Source of the DNA: Candidatus Magasanikiibacteriota bacterium | Lineage (GTDB): Bacteria; Patescibacteriota; Patescibacteriia; Magasanikbacterales; UBA922 | DNA length: 64,000 nt | Assembly: GCA_041674805.1 (NCBI GenBank) | Contig: JBAYVA010000001.1 | Coordinates: 262,612 to 326,611 of the forward strand | Reading direction: 5' to 3' | Part shown: piece after piece, positions 1 through 10,036 of the stretch | Layout of the letters: each line of letters begins with the position of its first letter | Numbering within the stretch: position 1 is the first letter of the stretch | Position numbers and translations under genes: made by a program | Notes under the pieces: model-generated | The model's database searches: none | Told to the model about the DNA's origin: nothing | What the model saw: the letters and a program-made list of their open reading frames with translations, nothing else

Positions 1-2
1 TG

Positions 3-599
3 AATAGTGCTGATTTGAATATTTGTGATGGTCACGGCATAAAATTTTTGTCAAAAGAACACCTAACTGTGATAAATGGTGTTGACTTTATGATAGATAT
101 CTGTAAAATAGCTGAACAAAAAAATTATACTGTTTTTTTCTTAGGTTCAGGAAATGAGGATGTTCTCAAAGAAATGAAAAAAAAATTACAAATAAAATTT
201 TTAAATTTGAAAGTAGTTGGTTTTGATCCAGGCTTGAATATTAAATTACAAAAAGATGGTTCTAGAAACATGCTGATACAATATGATAAACAAGAAAATA
301 TTCATATTTTGGAAATAATAAAAACCAGTCAAGCACAAATACTTTTTGTGGCGTTTGGTCACAACAAACAAGAAAAATGGATTGAAGAAAATATGTCAAA
401 ATTACCAAATGTAAAATTGTTTATGGGAGTAGGGGGCAGTTTTGATTTTATTTCTGGACAAGTAAAACGTGCTCCAAAGTTGATGAGAAAACTTGGTTTG
501 GAATGGTTGTATAGATTATTAAAACAACCAAAAAGATTTACAAGAATTTTCAAAGCAACTGTTATTTTTAGTTTTTTAAAATTATTTAGAAGAATGTAA
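3..599 (+). CDS. WecB/TagA/CpsF-family glycosyltransferase (5' end outside window)
   Basis: The reading frame is open to the window edge. Motifs FFLGSGNEDV, FVAFGHNKQEKW and GVGGSFDFISGQVKRAP...WLYRL are typical of the TagA/WecG family. Confidence 0.7.
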   Translation, partial: NSADLNICDGHGIKFLSKEHLTVINGVDFMIDICKIAEQKNYTVFFLGSGNEDVLKEMKKKLQIKFLNLKVVGFDPGLNIKLQKDGSRNMLIQYDKQENIHILEIIKTSQAQILFVAFGHNKQEKWIEENMSKLPNVKLFMGVGGSFDFISGQVKRAPKLMRKLGLEWLYRLLKQPKRFTRIFKATVIFSFLKLFRRM

Positions 600-667
600 T
601 ACAAAACTTTAGTCTTGGTATCCTTTGTGGTTAAGGACTAAAATTCTGAGTTACCTAATTTATTAAT

Positions 668-1429
668 ATGTTGGAAAAATCAGTAATTAAACACTTAAAT
701 AAGCTACAACAAAAGAAATTTCGTAAGGAAGAAAAAGAATTTGTGGTGGAAGGAATCAAAGGAGTTTCGGAAGCTCTAAATTCACAGATGGAAGTAATAC
801 TTATAGTCATTGATGGAAAATTACGTGAGGAAAAAGAATTTGCAGAAATTATAAGCAAAGCTGAAAGTGAAGATGTTCCTGTAACTTTTTGCGGAAGGCA
901 AGATATCGAAGATATAAAAGATACAGAAACTTTTCCTGGTGTTTTGGCAATTATAGAACAGAGAGAATCTACTATGGATAATTTTGAAGATGGTCCTATA
1001 ATTTGTTTGGAAAATATAAAAGATCCTGGAAATCTTGGAACTATTATTCGTACTGCTGATTGGTTTGGTTTCAAAAACATTTTGCTTTCAGAAGAAACCG
1101 TTGATATTTACAATCCAAAGACTGTTCGTAGTACTATGGGTTCAATTTTTCATTTGAACTTTTTTAGAGCTACAAGTGTCTTGAAGACTTTAGAAAAAAT
1201 AAAAGAAGAGTATGAATACAAATTGTATTCATTAGATCTAGAAGGTAATGATTATAAGACAATGAAGCCAGAGAACAAAGCTGTCTATATTTTTGGTAGT
1301 GAATCTCATGGTATTAGTCCTGATCTTGAAAAAATAATTGATAAGAGCTATACTATAGCAGGTTCAGGTGAAGCTGAATCTTTGAATGTAGCTGTTTCAG
1401 CAGCAATTATTATGTCTCAATTATCATAA
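668..1429 (+). CDS. TrmH/SpoU-family RNA 2'-O-methyltransferase
   Basis: SPOUT motifs ICLENIKDPGNLGTIIRTADWFGF, IFGSESHGIS and ESLNVAVSAAIIM. Confidence 0.8.
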   Translation: MLEKSVIKHLNKLQQKKFRKEEKEFVVEGIKGVSEALNSQMEVILIVIDGKLREEKEFAEIISKAESEDVPVTFCGRQDIEDIKDTETFPGVLAIIEQRESTMDNFEDGPIICLENIKDPGNLGTIIRTADWFGFKNILLSEETVDIYNPKTVRSTMGSIFHLNFFRATSVLKTLEKIKEEYEYKLYSLDLEGNDYKTMKPENKAVYIFGSESHGISPDLEKIIDKSYTIAGSGEAESLNVAVSAAIIMSQLS

Positions 1430-1453
1430 AATAAATCAGTATTATAAATACTT

Positions 1454-2914
1454 ATGATTAGAACACGTTTTGCACCAAGTCCAACAGGTTATTTGCATAT
1501 AGGTGGTTTGAGAACCGCTCTTTTTGCTTATCTTTTTGCCAAAAAAAATAATGGACAATTTTTAATTCGTATTGAAGATACTGATAGAGAACGTTTTGTT
1601 GAAGGTTCTCTTCAAAATATTTTGGATTCTTTTGACTGGTCAAATATTAAAATTGATGAGGGTGTTTTATTGGAAAATGGAGAAATAACACAAAAAGGTG
1701 ATAAAGGTCCTTATATTCAATCTGAAAGATTAGAAATTTATCAAAAATATATCAAAGAACTTCTTGAAAAAGGTCATGCTTATCATTGTTTTTGTACCAA
1801 AGAAAGATTGGATGAAATGAGAGTTGTTCAAGAAGCAAACAAACAAGCTACTGGTTATGATGGACATTGCCGTAATTTGACTAGCGAAGAAGTAGCTGTC
1901 AAATTAGCTAATGCTGAAAAATCAGTTATTAGAATAAAAATGCCAAATAGTGGTTTGACTGTAATTGAAGATTTGGTTCGCGGAAAAGTAGAATTCAAAA
2001 ATGAACTTTTTGATGATCAAGTTCTTATCAAATCAGATGGTTTTCCAACTTATCATTTTGCTGTGGTAGTAGATGATCATCTTATGGAGATTACTCATGT
2101 TATTCGTGCTGAAGAATGGTTGTCTAGTACACCAAAACACGTTGCTCTATATCAAATGTTTGGTTGGGAAATTCCTAAATTTGCACATTTATCATTGCTT
2201 ATCAATGAAAAGAAACAAAAACTTTCCAAACGTCATGGTGACGTCGCAGTAGGTGACTATGTCAAAAAAGGTTATTTGCCAGAAGCTTTTGTTAATTTTA
2301 TTGCTTTTCTAGGTTGGAATCCAGGTGATGACAGAGAATTTTTTACATTAAAAGAATTGGAACAAGAATTTGATTTTTCCAAAGTAGGCAAAGCACCTGC
2401 TGTTTTCAATATAGAAAAATTAAATTGGTACAACAAACAATATATTATGAAAATGTCTGCAGAAGAATTAGCTAAAATATGCGAAAAATTTTATATAGAA
2501 AAAAATATTGATACCAAAAATTTTGATTTGAGCAAAGTAGTAGTATTAGAACAGGGGAGAGCCAATACTTTGTTAGATATTGCTCAAAATACTGCTTTTA
2601 TTTTTGCTGATAGTTTGCAATATGATGCAGATTTATTAGTTTGGAAAAAATCATACAAAACACAAACTAAAGAAAAACTTATTTTGGCTCAAACTTATTT
2701 ACAAGATTATGTAGGCAATTGGATACGTGAAGAATTAGAAAGTAGTTTGATCAATTGGATAAAAGAAAATAATTTTGGTAATGGTGATGTGTTGTGGCCA
2801 ATACGAGTAGCTTTGTCTGGTTTACAAAATTCTCCAGGACCGTTAGAAATAGCGGCTGTACTTGGAAAAGAAAAAACTCTACAGAGAATACAACAAGCTG
2901 TAGATAAATTATAA
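1454..2914 (+). CDS. gltX: glutamate--tRNA ligase
   Basis: N-terminal RFAPSPTGYLHIGGLRTAL (HIGH motif) and KLSKR (KMSKS motif). The 486-aa length fits. Confidence 0.95.
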   Translation: MIRTRFAPSPTGYLHIGGLRTALFAYLFAKKNNGQFLIRIEDTDRERFVEGSLQNILDSFDWSNIKIDEGVLLENGEITQKGDKGPYIQSERLEIYQKYIKELLEKGHAYHCFCTKERLDEMRVVQEANKQATGYDGHCRNLTSEEVAVKLANAEKSVIRIKMPNSGLTVIEDLVRGKVEFKNELFDDQVLIKSDGFPTYHFAVVVDDHLMEITHVIRAEEWLSSTPKHVALYQMFGWEIPKFAHLSLLINEKKQKLSKRHGDVAVGDYVKKGYLPEAFVNFIAFLGWNPGDDREFFTLKELEQEFDFSKVGKAPAVFNIEKLNWYNKQYIMKMSAEELAKICEKFYIEKNIDTKNFDLSKVVVLEQGRANTLLDIAQNTAFIFADSLQYDADLLVWKKSYKTQTKEKLILAQTYLQDYVGNWIREELESSLINWIKENNFGNGDVLWPIRVALSGLQNSPGPLEIAAVLGKEKTLQRIQQAVDKL

Positions 2915-2960
2915 AAAAATCTAGGATAAAAATAAAAAACATGCTATAATAGTTACAATT

Positions 2961-4208
2961 ATGAAAAAGCATGTTTTTTTATTTATTTTAATCTTTGTGT
3001 CTGCGGTTTTTTTCAGACCTTTTTTTGTTTTTTCTGAGACTGAAGCTGGAGGTAACAAAGAAGAAATTGATGAATTAAACAAACAAATAAATGATAAGAA
3101 AAACAAAGTTAAAGAACTAGAAAAAACTATCAATGATTACAAATTAAAAATTGAAAAAACCAAATTAGAAGCAACTTCACTAGCTAATCAACTATCTATT
3201 TTAGACAATTATCTAACACAATTGGATTTAGATATACAAATAACACAAGAAAAAATAGATACAACGGCTTTAGAGATCAAAGAATTGGATTTTTCTATTG
3301 AAGATAAAGAACAAAATTTAGCAAAACAACAAAAAATGTTACGTGGTCTTATCCGTACTTTGTATTATGAAAACAACAAAAAATATATAGAAGTAATGGC
3401 AGCTTACGACAATTTTTCAGAATTTTATAATAGAGTACATTATGTTCAAAATTTAGAAAGAGAAATGGGCAAAAGTGCCAAGACTTTGCGTATTATCAAA
3501 GAAGAATTGGAAGCTAAAAAACAACAACGAGAAGATCAACAAAAGAGTTATCTTGCTCTAAAAGAAACTTTGGACAATAAGAAAAAAGATTTGGAAGAAC
3601 AAGCTAACTACAAACAAAATTTATTGGTAAAAACAAAATCTTCTGAAATGACTTTCAATACTTTGGTAAAAAATTTGAAAGGTGAATATCAAAGTTTAGA
3701 AAATGATATTACAAGTATAGAGAGCCAAGTTAGAAGAAAATTGGAAGCACAAAACAAAATAAGTAATACAGGTGACACTTCATCATTATTACCATTAGCT
3801 TGGCCAACTCAAAGTCGTTATATTACTGCTTATTTTTATGATAAAAATTATCCATACCGAAATATTTTTGAACATAATGCTATCGATATACGTGCGGCAC
3901 AAGGCACAGCTGTCCGAGTTGCAGCTTCTGGTTATGTAGCTAGAGCCAGAACTTGTTCTACAGCTAGTTGTTATGGTTATGTGATGATTGTACACTCTGA
4001 TGGCTTTTCTACAGTTTATGGACATTTGAGTTCAATACCAGTCGTAGCAGATCAATTTGTGACTCGTGGTGATATTGTTGGTTATTCTGGTGCTACACCT
4101 GGCACTGTAGGAGCTGGACCATTTACGACTGGTCCACATTTACATATGGAAGTTCGTAAAAATGGTATACCAGTCAATCCTCTAAATTACTTAGCTCAAG
4201 ATTACTAA
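2961..4208 (+). CDS. M23-family peptidoglycan metalloendopeptidase with signal peptide and long coiled coil (EnvC-like)
   Basis: A hydrophobic N-terminus is followed by about 250 aa of heptad-rich K/E/L sequence. The C-terminal M23 domain carries HNAIDI...GPHLHMEVRKNGIPVNP. Confidence 0.8.
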   Translation: MKKHVFLFILIFVSAVFFRPFFVFSETEAGGNKEEIDELNKQINDKKNKVKELEKTINDYKLKIEKTKLEATSLANQLSILDNYLTQLDLDIQITQEKIDTTALEIKELDFSIEDKEQNLAKQQKMLRGLIRTLYYENNKKYIEVMAAYDNFSEFYNRVHYVQNLEREMGKSAKTLRIIKEELEAKKQQREDQQKSYLALKETLDNKKKDLEEQANYKQNLLVKTKSSEMTFNTLVKNLKGEYQSLENDITSIESQVRRKLEAQNKISNTGDTSSLLPLAWPTQSRYITAYFYDKNYPYRNIFEHNAIDIRAAQGTAVRVAASGYVARARTCSTASCYGYVMIVHSDGFSTVYGHLSSIPVVADQFVTRGDIVGYSGATPGTVGAGPFTTGPHLHMEVRKNGIPVNPLNYLAQDY

Positions 4209-4240
4209 TCCGCTCTACCAAAAAAAAGCGGATTTTTTTA
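4207..4240 (+). terminator. intrinsic terminator after the M23 peptidase gene
   Basis: aatccgct-N12-agcggatt stem followed by a T7 run. Confidence 0.6.
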
Positions 4241-4253
4241 TAATCATAACTAT

Positions 4254-4805
4254 ATGAAAAAAATCAAAATAAAAAAATCAAATAAAAAGTTTTTTAGTAA
4301 TAATATTATATTTTTTGATACAGAATTTAGTAATATAGATATTGAAAAAGGGGAGTTGATATCCTTAGCTCTAGTAAAGATGACTGGTGAAGAATTATAC
4401 TTAGAATTTGATTACAAAAAGAAAGAATTACATCCCTGGGTCAAAGAAAATGTAATACCATATTTGTCAGGGCATACTACCAAGAAAAAAGATGCTTTAA
4501 ACCAAATTTGGGATTTTGTCGGACGAGAAGGGGAGAAGCCATACTTGATGGCTTATGTTAATCAATTTGATAGTATTTATTGGTACAGATTATTTGCTGA
4601 TCCAAAAAATCATCCAGCATTTTGGATACCAATTGATTTTGCTTCAATACTTTTTTCTTTAGGTTATGATCCAGAAGTAATGAGAGACAAAGAATTCTTC
4701 AAAGAGTTAAAAATAGATACTAAAAAATACAACAAACATAATGCGCTTGATGACGCAAAACTTTTGGCTGAAACATTCAAAAAAATGAAGGCCCTCTCTC
4801 TCTAG
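4254..4805 (+). CDS. DEDD-family 3'-5' exonuclease (DnaQ/oligoribonuclease-like)
   Basis: Exo I motif IIFFDTEFS, YxxxD-like DSIYWY, and Exo III motif HNALDDAKLL. Confidence 0.6.
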   Translation: MKKIKIKKSNKKFFSNNIIFFDTEFSNIDIEKGELISLALVKMTGEELYLEFDYKKKELHPWVKENVIPYLSGHTTKKKDALNQIWDFVGREGEKPYLMAYVNQFDSIYWYRLFADPKNHPAFWIPIDFASILFSLGYDPEVMRDKEFFKELKIDTKKYNKHNALDDAKLLAETFKKMKALSL

Positions 4806-4818
4806 TGTCGCACAATGT
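4805..4818. repeat. 14-bp motif TGTCGCACAATGTA (copy 1); exact inverted partner at 5406-5419, degenerate direct copy at 5135-5151
   Basis: Read directly in the sequence. The motif starts at the exonuclease stop codon. Confidence 0.8.
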
Positions 4819-5405
4819 AGTTGATAAAATTTAAACAATTTGAAAGGGGAGTAGAATAATTATACATTATATTTTGTTATTTTATTTTTATAATTTTAAA
4901 TTCAGCAATTTTAAATTTTAAAACAATTTTTTAATTTACAAATTTCAAAATTTTTTTGTTTATTTTATTTGAATTTATTTCTAAAATACTTTTTAAATAA
5001 TTTTAGAAAAAAACATTAAATTTAGTTATTAAGCCCAACAAAGATACGAGTCAGATAGGTTCTAAAATACTTGTACAAATTTTTTAATAAAAAAGACGAT
5101 ACTCTATACCTTGGTGTAATGAAGCCCTGTTTTGTAGTGTCGCAAAATATACTATATATTGGCTCAACCTAGCCAAAAAGATAGGTGAGTGATTACTATC
5201 ATCAATATCTACCTAGATACAACAATAAACACTTCAAATCAAGCAAAATCAAGTCATTAAAGTTATAATTATATATAAATTAATTAAAAAATAAATTTAA
5301 TTAGCTATAGTGTAAAAGCATATAAGTATTAAATAATGTAAGAATTGGTTATTAAATGATTATTAATAATTAAAACTTATTTTATATAGTATATGTCGTA
5401 TAAGG

Positions 5406-5419
5406 TACATTGTGCGACA
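5406..5419. repeat. TACATTGTGCGACA, the exact reverse complement of 4805-4818
   Basis: Read directly in the sequence. Locally it forms the direct repeat ACATTGT-GCG-ACATTGT. Confidence 0.8.
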
Positions 5420-5551
5420 TTGTATAAATAGAGCAAATTTGTAATAATTAATATACTTTTTATATTATCGTTGCTTCACTTCTCTACCTCAAGCTTTTGC
5501 TTACTTATAACTTTTGTTAGAATTTGATTCTTAAATAACTTCTTGTTTTTT

Positions 5552-5583
5552 ACAAACAAAAAACGGAAATAGAACTCCGTTTG
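5552..5583 (-). terminator. intrinsic terminator downstream of the FtsQ-like gene
   Basis: On the minus strand: aaacggag-loop-ttccgttt followed by tttttgtttg. Confidence 0.5.
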
Positions 5584-5660
5584 ATGCAGGCGACGACCGG
5601 GTAGTAAAAGGATGAAGACATCTGTCTTATCCCCCACTTCCCGGTCGCCACATGGATATA
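5584..5660 (-). ncRNA. candidate small structured RNA or 3'-UTR stem-loop (locally GC-rich ~75-nt imperfect hairpin)
   Basis: ggcgacgaccggg pairs with cccggtcgcc, with an inner 9-bp stem (ggatgaagaca/tgtcttatcc). It is a GC-rich patch in an AT-rich spacer and sits immediately 5' of the terminator hairpin. No family could be assigned. Confidence 0.25.
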
Positions 5661-5729
5661 TTGCTATACCCATTTTATAGTTTAACTCTTAATATATTAT
5701 TTTGTCAATTGTATATAAATTTAGTTTTA

Positions 5730-6758
5730 TTATCGCCAATATATTCTATCAGAATAACGTAAATCTATATAATTAAAATTTGAATCGTTTTTCAATCTTT
5801 CTTTAAACAATTTATCTAAAATAAAGATTTGTTCATCTACATTATTATCTATTTTTGTTTTTACAAATGAGGCTTTGAATGTTTTTATAATCAAATCTTG
5901 TTTATTTTCTTCCAATAAAAAATATTTTAAAGGTAGTTTAGAATTAGTTTCAAAACTTTTAAACCAATAAATTATATTAGCAACATGTTCTTTTTTTAAA
6001 ACAACACTATTTATTTGAATATCTTCTATATGACTTTTATCATAAATAATGGGATAATTACCTAAATCTTTTTTGATAGCATTGATATCTGGTTCATGTA
6101 TTTTTCCTACTACTATGTCTATAGTAGATGTTGTACCATCGGAAGTACTAGTCACTACATTTTGTGTAATATTTTTCCATTCATAATCACTCACTTTACG
6201 CATTATTTCTACGACCTTACCATTCAAATCCAAATAAACATATTCTTTGCCATTATCATAAATTATAGTAGAAATTTTTTCTTGTATAATAATAAATAAT
6301 TTATTGGGAAAAGTTTTTTTGATAACAATTTTTTCAATAGGGTATCTTTCTTTCAAAATATCTTTCATTTCTTCTAAATTAGCCAATAAATAACTGTCTT
6401 GTGAGATAAAACCAAAAGTCTTGTAATTCATAATACCTTTTACAGTATCCTCAAATTCCATTTTTTTTATTCTCTGCAAACCTTCTATTTCGATATCGTT
6501 GATCTTAAAAAAAGAATGAAAAATTAAAATTAAAAAAATTGTAACAAAACTACAAATGATTATTGCTATTTTGATATAAAGACCTTTTTTACTATTTTCA
6601 TGAATGAAAGGGTTCACGACTTCTCTACCTTGCCAAGAAAAATCTCTTCTAGTTTTTTTGCTATTAAAAAAACCACTAAAAAAACTTTGTGTTTTTTTAA
6701 TTTTGTGCTTTAACTGTTTATGAAATTTATGATGATTTAATATTTTATTTATAGACAC
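5730..6758 (-). CDS. FtsQ/DivIB-like cell-division protein (single TM helix plus POTRA-like domain)
   Basis: Basic cytoplasmic N-terminus, one TM helix (IKIAIIICSFVTIFLILIF), then INDIEIEGLQRIKKMEFEDTV. It lies at the end of a mur/fem cluster (dcw-like context). Confidence 0.55.
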   Translation of the reverse strand: MSINKILNHHKFHKQLKHKIKKTQSFFSGFFNSKKTRRDFSWQGREVVNPFIHENSKKGLYIKIAIIICSFVTIFLILIFHSFFKINDIEIEGLQRIKKMEFEDTVKGIMNYKTFGFISQDSYLLANLEEMKDILKERYPIEKIVIKKTFPNKLFIIIQEKISTIIYDNGKEYVYLDLNGKVVEIMRKVSDYEWKNITQNVVTSTSDGTTSTIDIVVGKIHEPDINAIKKDLGNYPIIYDKSHIEDIQINSVVLKKEHVANIIYWFKSFETNSKLPLKYFLLEENKQDLIIKTFKASFVKTKIDNNVDEQIFILDKLFKERLKNDSNFNYIDLRYSDRIYWR

Positions 6759-6779
6759 AGGCTTTTTTAAAAAAATAAA

Positions 6780-7805
6780 CTAGAATCCTCTTTTTTTGCT
6801 ACGTATAGTCTCAATAATCCAATTGAACCAATACTTCTTGCTAACGATATAATCATGCGCTGGTAAAAGATTTTTTTGAAAACCACCAAAACCTTTTTTG
6901 AAATGAGTAATACCTTTGAAAGGATGCTTGTCAGATGCATTATCCGGAGCTATTCCCCAAAAATTATAATATTTCATTCCTCTTCTTTTGGCTTCTTTGA
7001 TTGCTTCCCATTGTACTAAATAAGACGTTGGTAGCTTTTTGTTTTTTACTAGAGATGCACCATGACGATAAGCTGCTGAATTACCATAAAAATAAACAAC
7101 AGCGCCTGCATCTATTTTTTGATCTTCAGGTAAATATGCTTTGATCACTGAAACTTCATTATCTTTTTCAAAAGCTATAAATTCTTTTTCTAAATAATTA
7201 TTAGAAAAACGCACAAAATGATGTTTTTTGGCTGTGTGATCTAACAATGTATTGAATTCTTTTAGATCTTGTATTTCTTTAGAGAAAGTTATTTTAACTT
7301 TTTCTCGCAAACATCTATTTATCAAATTACGGTGATTTTTATTCATGTTAAATAATAATTTTTCTTCACTTAATGATAAATCAAGTAACCAAGAAGTCTC
7401 AGCTAAGATATGAATAGGTGCTTTTCTAAAACCAACTTGTTGATAAATTCTTTTATTTTCTTCTGATTCATCAATAAAAGGAGAAAATTTTATGAAATTA
7501 TATTTTTCTTTTTCTGCTTTGGCTTTCAAAAATTTCATTAATTCTGTTAAAACATTTTGATAATCCTTTCTAATTATTGGACCATAAGGAGCAAGTAAAA
7601 AGTTGCCACGTCTAGCATGAACACTAATAATCATTGATCCACCAATCAAAATATTATTTTCATAAATACCAATCAACCAATAATTTTCTCCCATAGATTT
7701 GTGAAACTCACCATTTTTGTAAGATTGTTTCATCAAAACATATTCTTCTTGTGAAAGAAATTCTTCCCATTCTTGTTTATTTGTAATTTCTTTTATATCG
7801 TACAT
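6780..7805 (-). CDS. FemAB-family peptidoglycan interpeptide-bridge aminoacyltransferase (paralog 1)
   Basis: C-terminal WGIAPDNASDKHPFKGITHFKKGFGG signature of the FemABX family. The ~340-aa length fits. Confidence 0.75.
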   Translation of the reverse strand: MYDIKEITNKQEWEEFLSQEEYVLMKQSYKNGEFHKSMGENYWLIGIYENNILIGGSMIISVHARRGNFLLAPYGPIIRKDYQNVLTELMKFLKAKAEKEKYNFIKFSPFIDESEENKRIYQQVGFRKAPIHILAETSWLLDLSLSEEKLLFNMNKNHRNLINRCLREKVKITFSKEIQDLKEFNTLLDHTAKKHHFVRFSNNYLEKEFIAFEKDNEVSVIKAYLPEDQKIDAGAVVYFYGNSAAYRHGASLVKNKKLPTSYLVQWEAIKEAKRRGMKYYNFWGIAPDNASDKHPFKGITHFKKGFGGFQKNLLPAHDYIVSKKYWFNWIIETIRSKKRGF

Positions 7806-7820
7806 AATTATTTTTTATTA

Positions 7821-8807
7821 CTATAACCCATTTATACTTAGTTTTTTTAGTTTTCTTAATTTTTGTAAAAAAGAAAAAAAATTATATTTGAAAGGTTGTA
7901 AAATTATTTCCAAAGCTTTAGGATAAGAGACTAATTGTCCGTTGAATCCTGCTTTGAATTTGGCAACTCCTGCCAAAGAATTTTCTTTTTTCCAGGTATA
8001 GTTGTGATGTGAATCTGCATCATTGCTCCCCTTTTCAGCTGGAGGTGCAATACCCCAAAAATCATAAAATTTACAATTATTTTCTTTGGCAAATTTTATT
8101 GCTTCAAATTGATTTAAATAAGGCGCCATCAAATTACGATGTTTGTTTGATGAAGCACCAAAGAGGTAAAACATACGTTCGTTATACTTGAGCAAAATAG
8201 TAGAAGAAAGTATTTCGTTTCCTAAGTAAGTATTTAATTGATAAACATTTTCCATTTCTAATAGCTTACTCAAATAATTTTTTTCATGACTTTTTATATC
8301 ATTACGTTTACTTGTCATTTCATTTAGTTGCCAATATTTATCAATATTTTTCTCCATTTTGGATGTTACTCCTCTTTTACTAGCTAATTTGATATTATAT
8401 CTAGTCTTACTATGCATTTCTTGTAATATTTTTTCTTCTGATTTATTCAAATCTAATATCCAACTATGTTCTGGTTGACGGTTTTTAACATTGATATAAT
8501 TTATTTCTTGCAAATTTATTTTTGATAAAAGTTCTACGCGCCAAAAAGTATAATTATTTTCTTGTAAAAATTTGTTTATTTCTAAAATAGCTTCTTTGTT
8601 TAAATCAACTCTTGCTACATAAAAAAATTTTAAACCAAACAATAAGGAAGTAATTACACCTTGAAATTGCCAAGTACCTTCGTTGTTCTGCAATTCATAG
8701 CGTACAACATTTTTACCATTATTTTTGAGAAGGTCACCATATTCCCAAGATTGCAAAAAATCAGGTTTAGTAGTCCAATCATTTTTTTGTAAAATTTCCT
8801 TTATCAT
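7821..8807 (-). CDS. FemAB-family aminoacyltransferase (paralog 2)
   Basis: FWGIAPPAEKGSNDADSHHNYTWKKENSLAGVAKFKAGFNG. Architecture matches the adjacent paralog. Confidence 0.75.
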   Translation of the reverse strand: MIKEILQKNDWTTKPDFLQSWEYGDLLKNNGKNVVRYELQNNEGTWQFQGVITSLLFGLKFFYVARVDLNKEAILEINKFLQENNYTFWRVELLSKINLQEINYINVKNRQPEHSWILDLNKSEEKILQEMHSKTRYNIKLASKRGVTSKMEKNIDKYWQLNEMTSKRNDIKSHEKNYLSKLLEMENVYQLNTYLGNEILSSTILLKYNERMFYLFGASSNKHRNLMAPYLNQFEAIKFAKENNCKFYDFWGIAPPAEKGSNDADSHHNYTWKKENSLAGVAKFKAGFNGQLVSYPKALEIILQPFKYNFFSFLQKLRKLKKLSINGL

Positions 8808-10033
8808 ACATTCTTATTTATCAATTCAGCTATTTTTTTAGCTTGGACAAAACTAATATCTTTGTTTGTTGGCAAGTTCAAAGTTTTTTTGGACAATTTT
8901 TCAGCATTAGGACAACTTCCTAATATATAACCTGACATTAATATATCAATGTCTTTTGGAGCAATGACTGTATCATACCAATTACCTAAAATAATTTTAT
9001 TTTCTTTTGCTATCTGTAATAATTTTTTTGGTTCATCTACTAATATTGTATAACGTAAAAAAATGTTATCATCTTTAATATTTGGTTTAATTATTTTTTC
9101 ATTTTGTAAAAGTTCATCATAAATTTTAGCTATTTCCTGACGGTGCTTATTTATTTCTTCTACTTTTGAAAACTGATGTAATAAAATTTTGGCCAAAGAA
9201 TTGGCGTATTTAGTAGGATAAAAACTGACTCTTCTCCCCTCTTTTTCTTGTTTGTACATTATTTTGGCTGATAAATTTATTTTTTTAGCTAACGCCAAAA
9301 TAAATTTACCAATTTTTATATCATAAAGTTTTTTTCCAATATAAAATATTGGAAAATTTATTAAATTTTGTTTTGTTTTTATCAATTTTGGTTCAGGTAA
9401 ACTTTTATTTAAAGATATTATTTTTTCAGCTAGTTTTGTATTGTTAGTAATAAGAGCACCACCACGAGAAGATGATATTATTTTATCACTACCAAAACTA
9501 AACATAGCAACATCTCCAAAAGTGCCAAGTAGTTTGTTTTGAAATCTAGCCCCAAAAGAATGAGCACAATCTTCTATTACTATTAAATTATTTTTCTTAG
9601 CTATTTCTAATAATTTTGGTAAATCAGCAGCTTTACCAAAGGTGTGTTGAATGATCAAAACTTTGGATTTAGTAGTGATTTTCTTTTCTAGGTCAATACA
9701 ATTCATGTTGAAATCATTGTTGACATCGACATAAATAGGTTTGGCACCAGACCAACTTATAGCATTACTCACTACCATACAAGTATAAGCTTGAACCAAA
9801 ACTTCATCATCAGGCTGAACTTCTATAGCTTCCAGAGCTTTTTGTAAAGATGTACGACCACTATCAAAAGTTATAGCATATTTACTACCAAAATAATTTT
9901 GTAACCATTTTTCTACTTCAATAACATTTTTTCCATTTTTAATAGAAAACCATTTCCAAGGTAATAATAAAAAAGATAAAGCAATGCTCACATCTTTTTT
10001 ATAAATGTTGGGATGAAATCCTGTAAAAATCAT
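8804..10033 (-). CDS. DegT/DnrJ/EryC1/StrS-family PLP-dependent sugar aminotransferase
   Basis: VLVQAYTCMVVSNAISWSGAKPIYVDV, DCAHSFGA and SFGSDKIISSSRGGALI (PLP-lysine region). Confidence 0.8.
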   Translation of the reverse strand: MIFTGFHPNIYKKDVSIALSFLLLPWKWFSIKNGKNVIEVEKWLQNYFGSKYAITFDSGRTSLQKALEAIEVQPDDEVLVQAYTCMVVSNAISWSGAKPIYVDVNNDFNMNCIDLEKKITTKSKVLIIQHTFGKAADLPKLLEIAKKNNLIVIEDCAHSFGARFQNKLLGTFGDVAMFSFGSDKIISSSRGGALITNNTKLAEKIISLNKSLPEPKLIKTKQNLINFPIFYIGKKLYDIKIGKFILALAKKINLSAKIMYKQEKEGRRVSFYPTKYANSLAKILLHQFSKVEEINKHRQEIAKIYDELLQNEKIIKPNIKDDNIFLRYTILVDEPKKLLQIAKENKIILGNWYDTVIAPKDIDILMSGYILGSCPNAEKLSKKTLNLPTNKDISFVQAKKIAELINKNV

Positions 10034-10036
10034 AGT

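Noticed and set aside
359-1080. Antisense ORFs 359..604(-) and 655..1080(-)
   Set aside because: They lie opposite well-supported genes (TagA-family, TrmH) and are composed of low-complexity residues.
5584-5660. SRP RNA (4.5S) or tmRNA identity for the hairpin
   Set aside because: It has no GNRA tetraloop, no conserved domain IV motif, no tRNA-like ends and no tag reading frame.
5476-5673. 65-aa minus-strand ORF from the track
   Set aside because: It spans the terminator hairpin and the GC-rich stem-loop. It has no start context and low-complexity content, so it is more likely RNA structure than coding.
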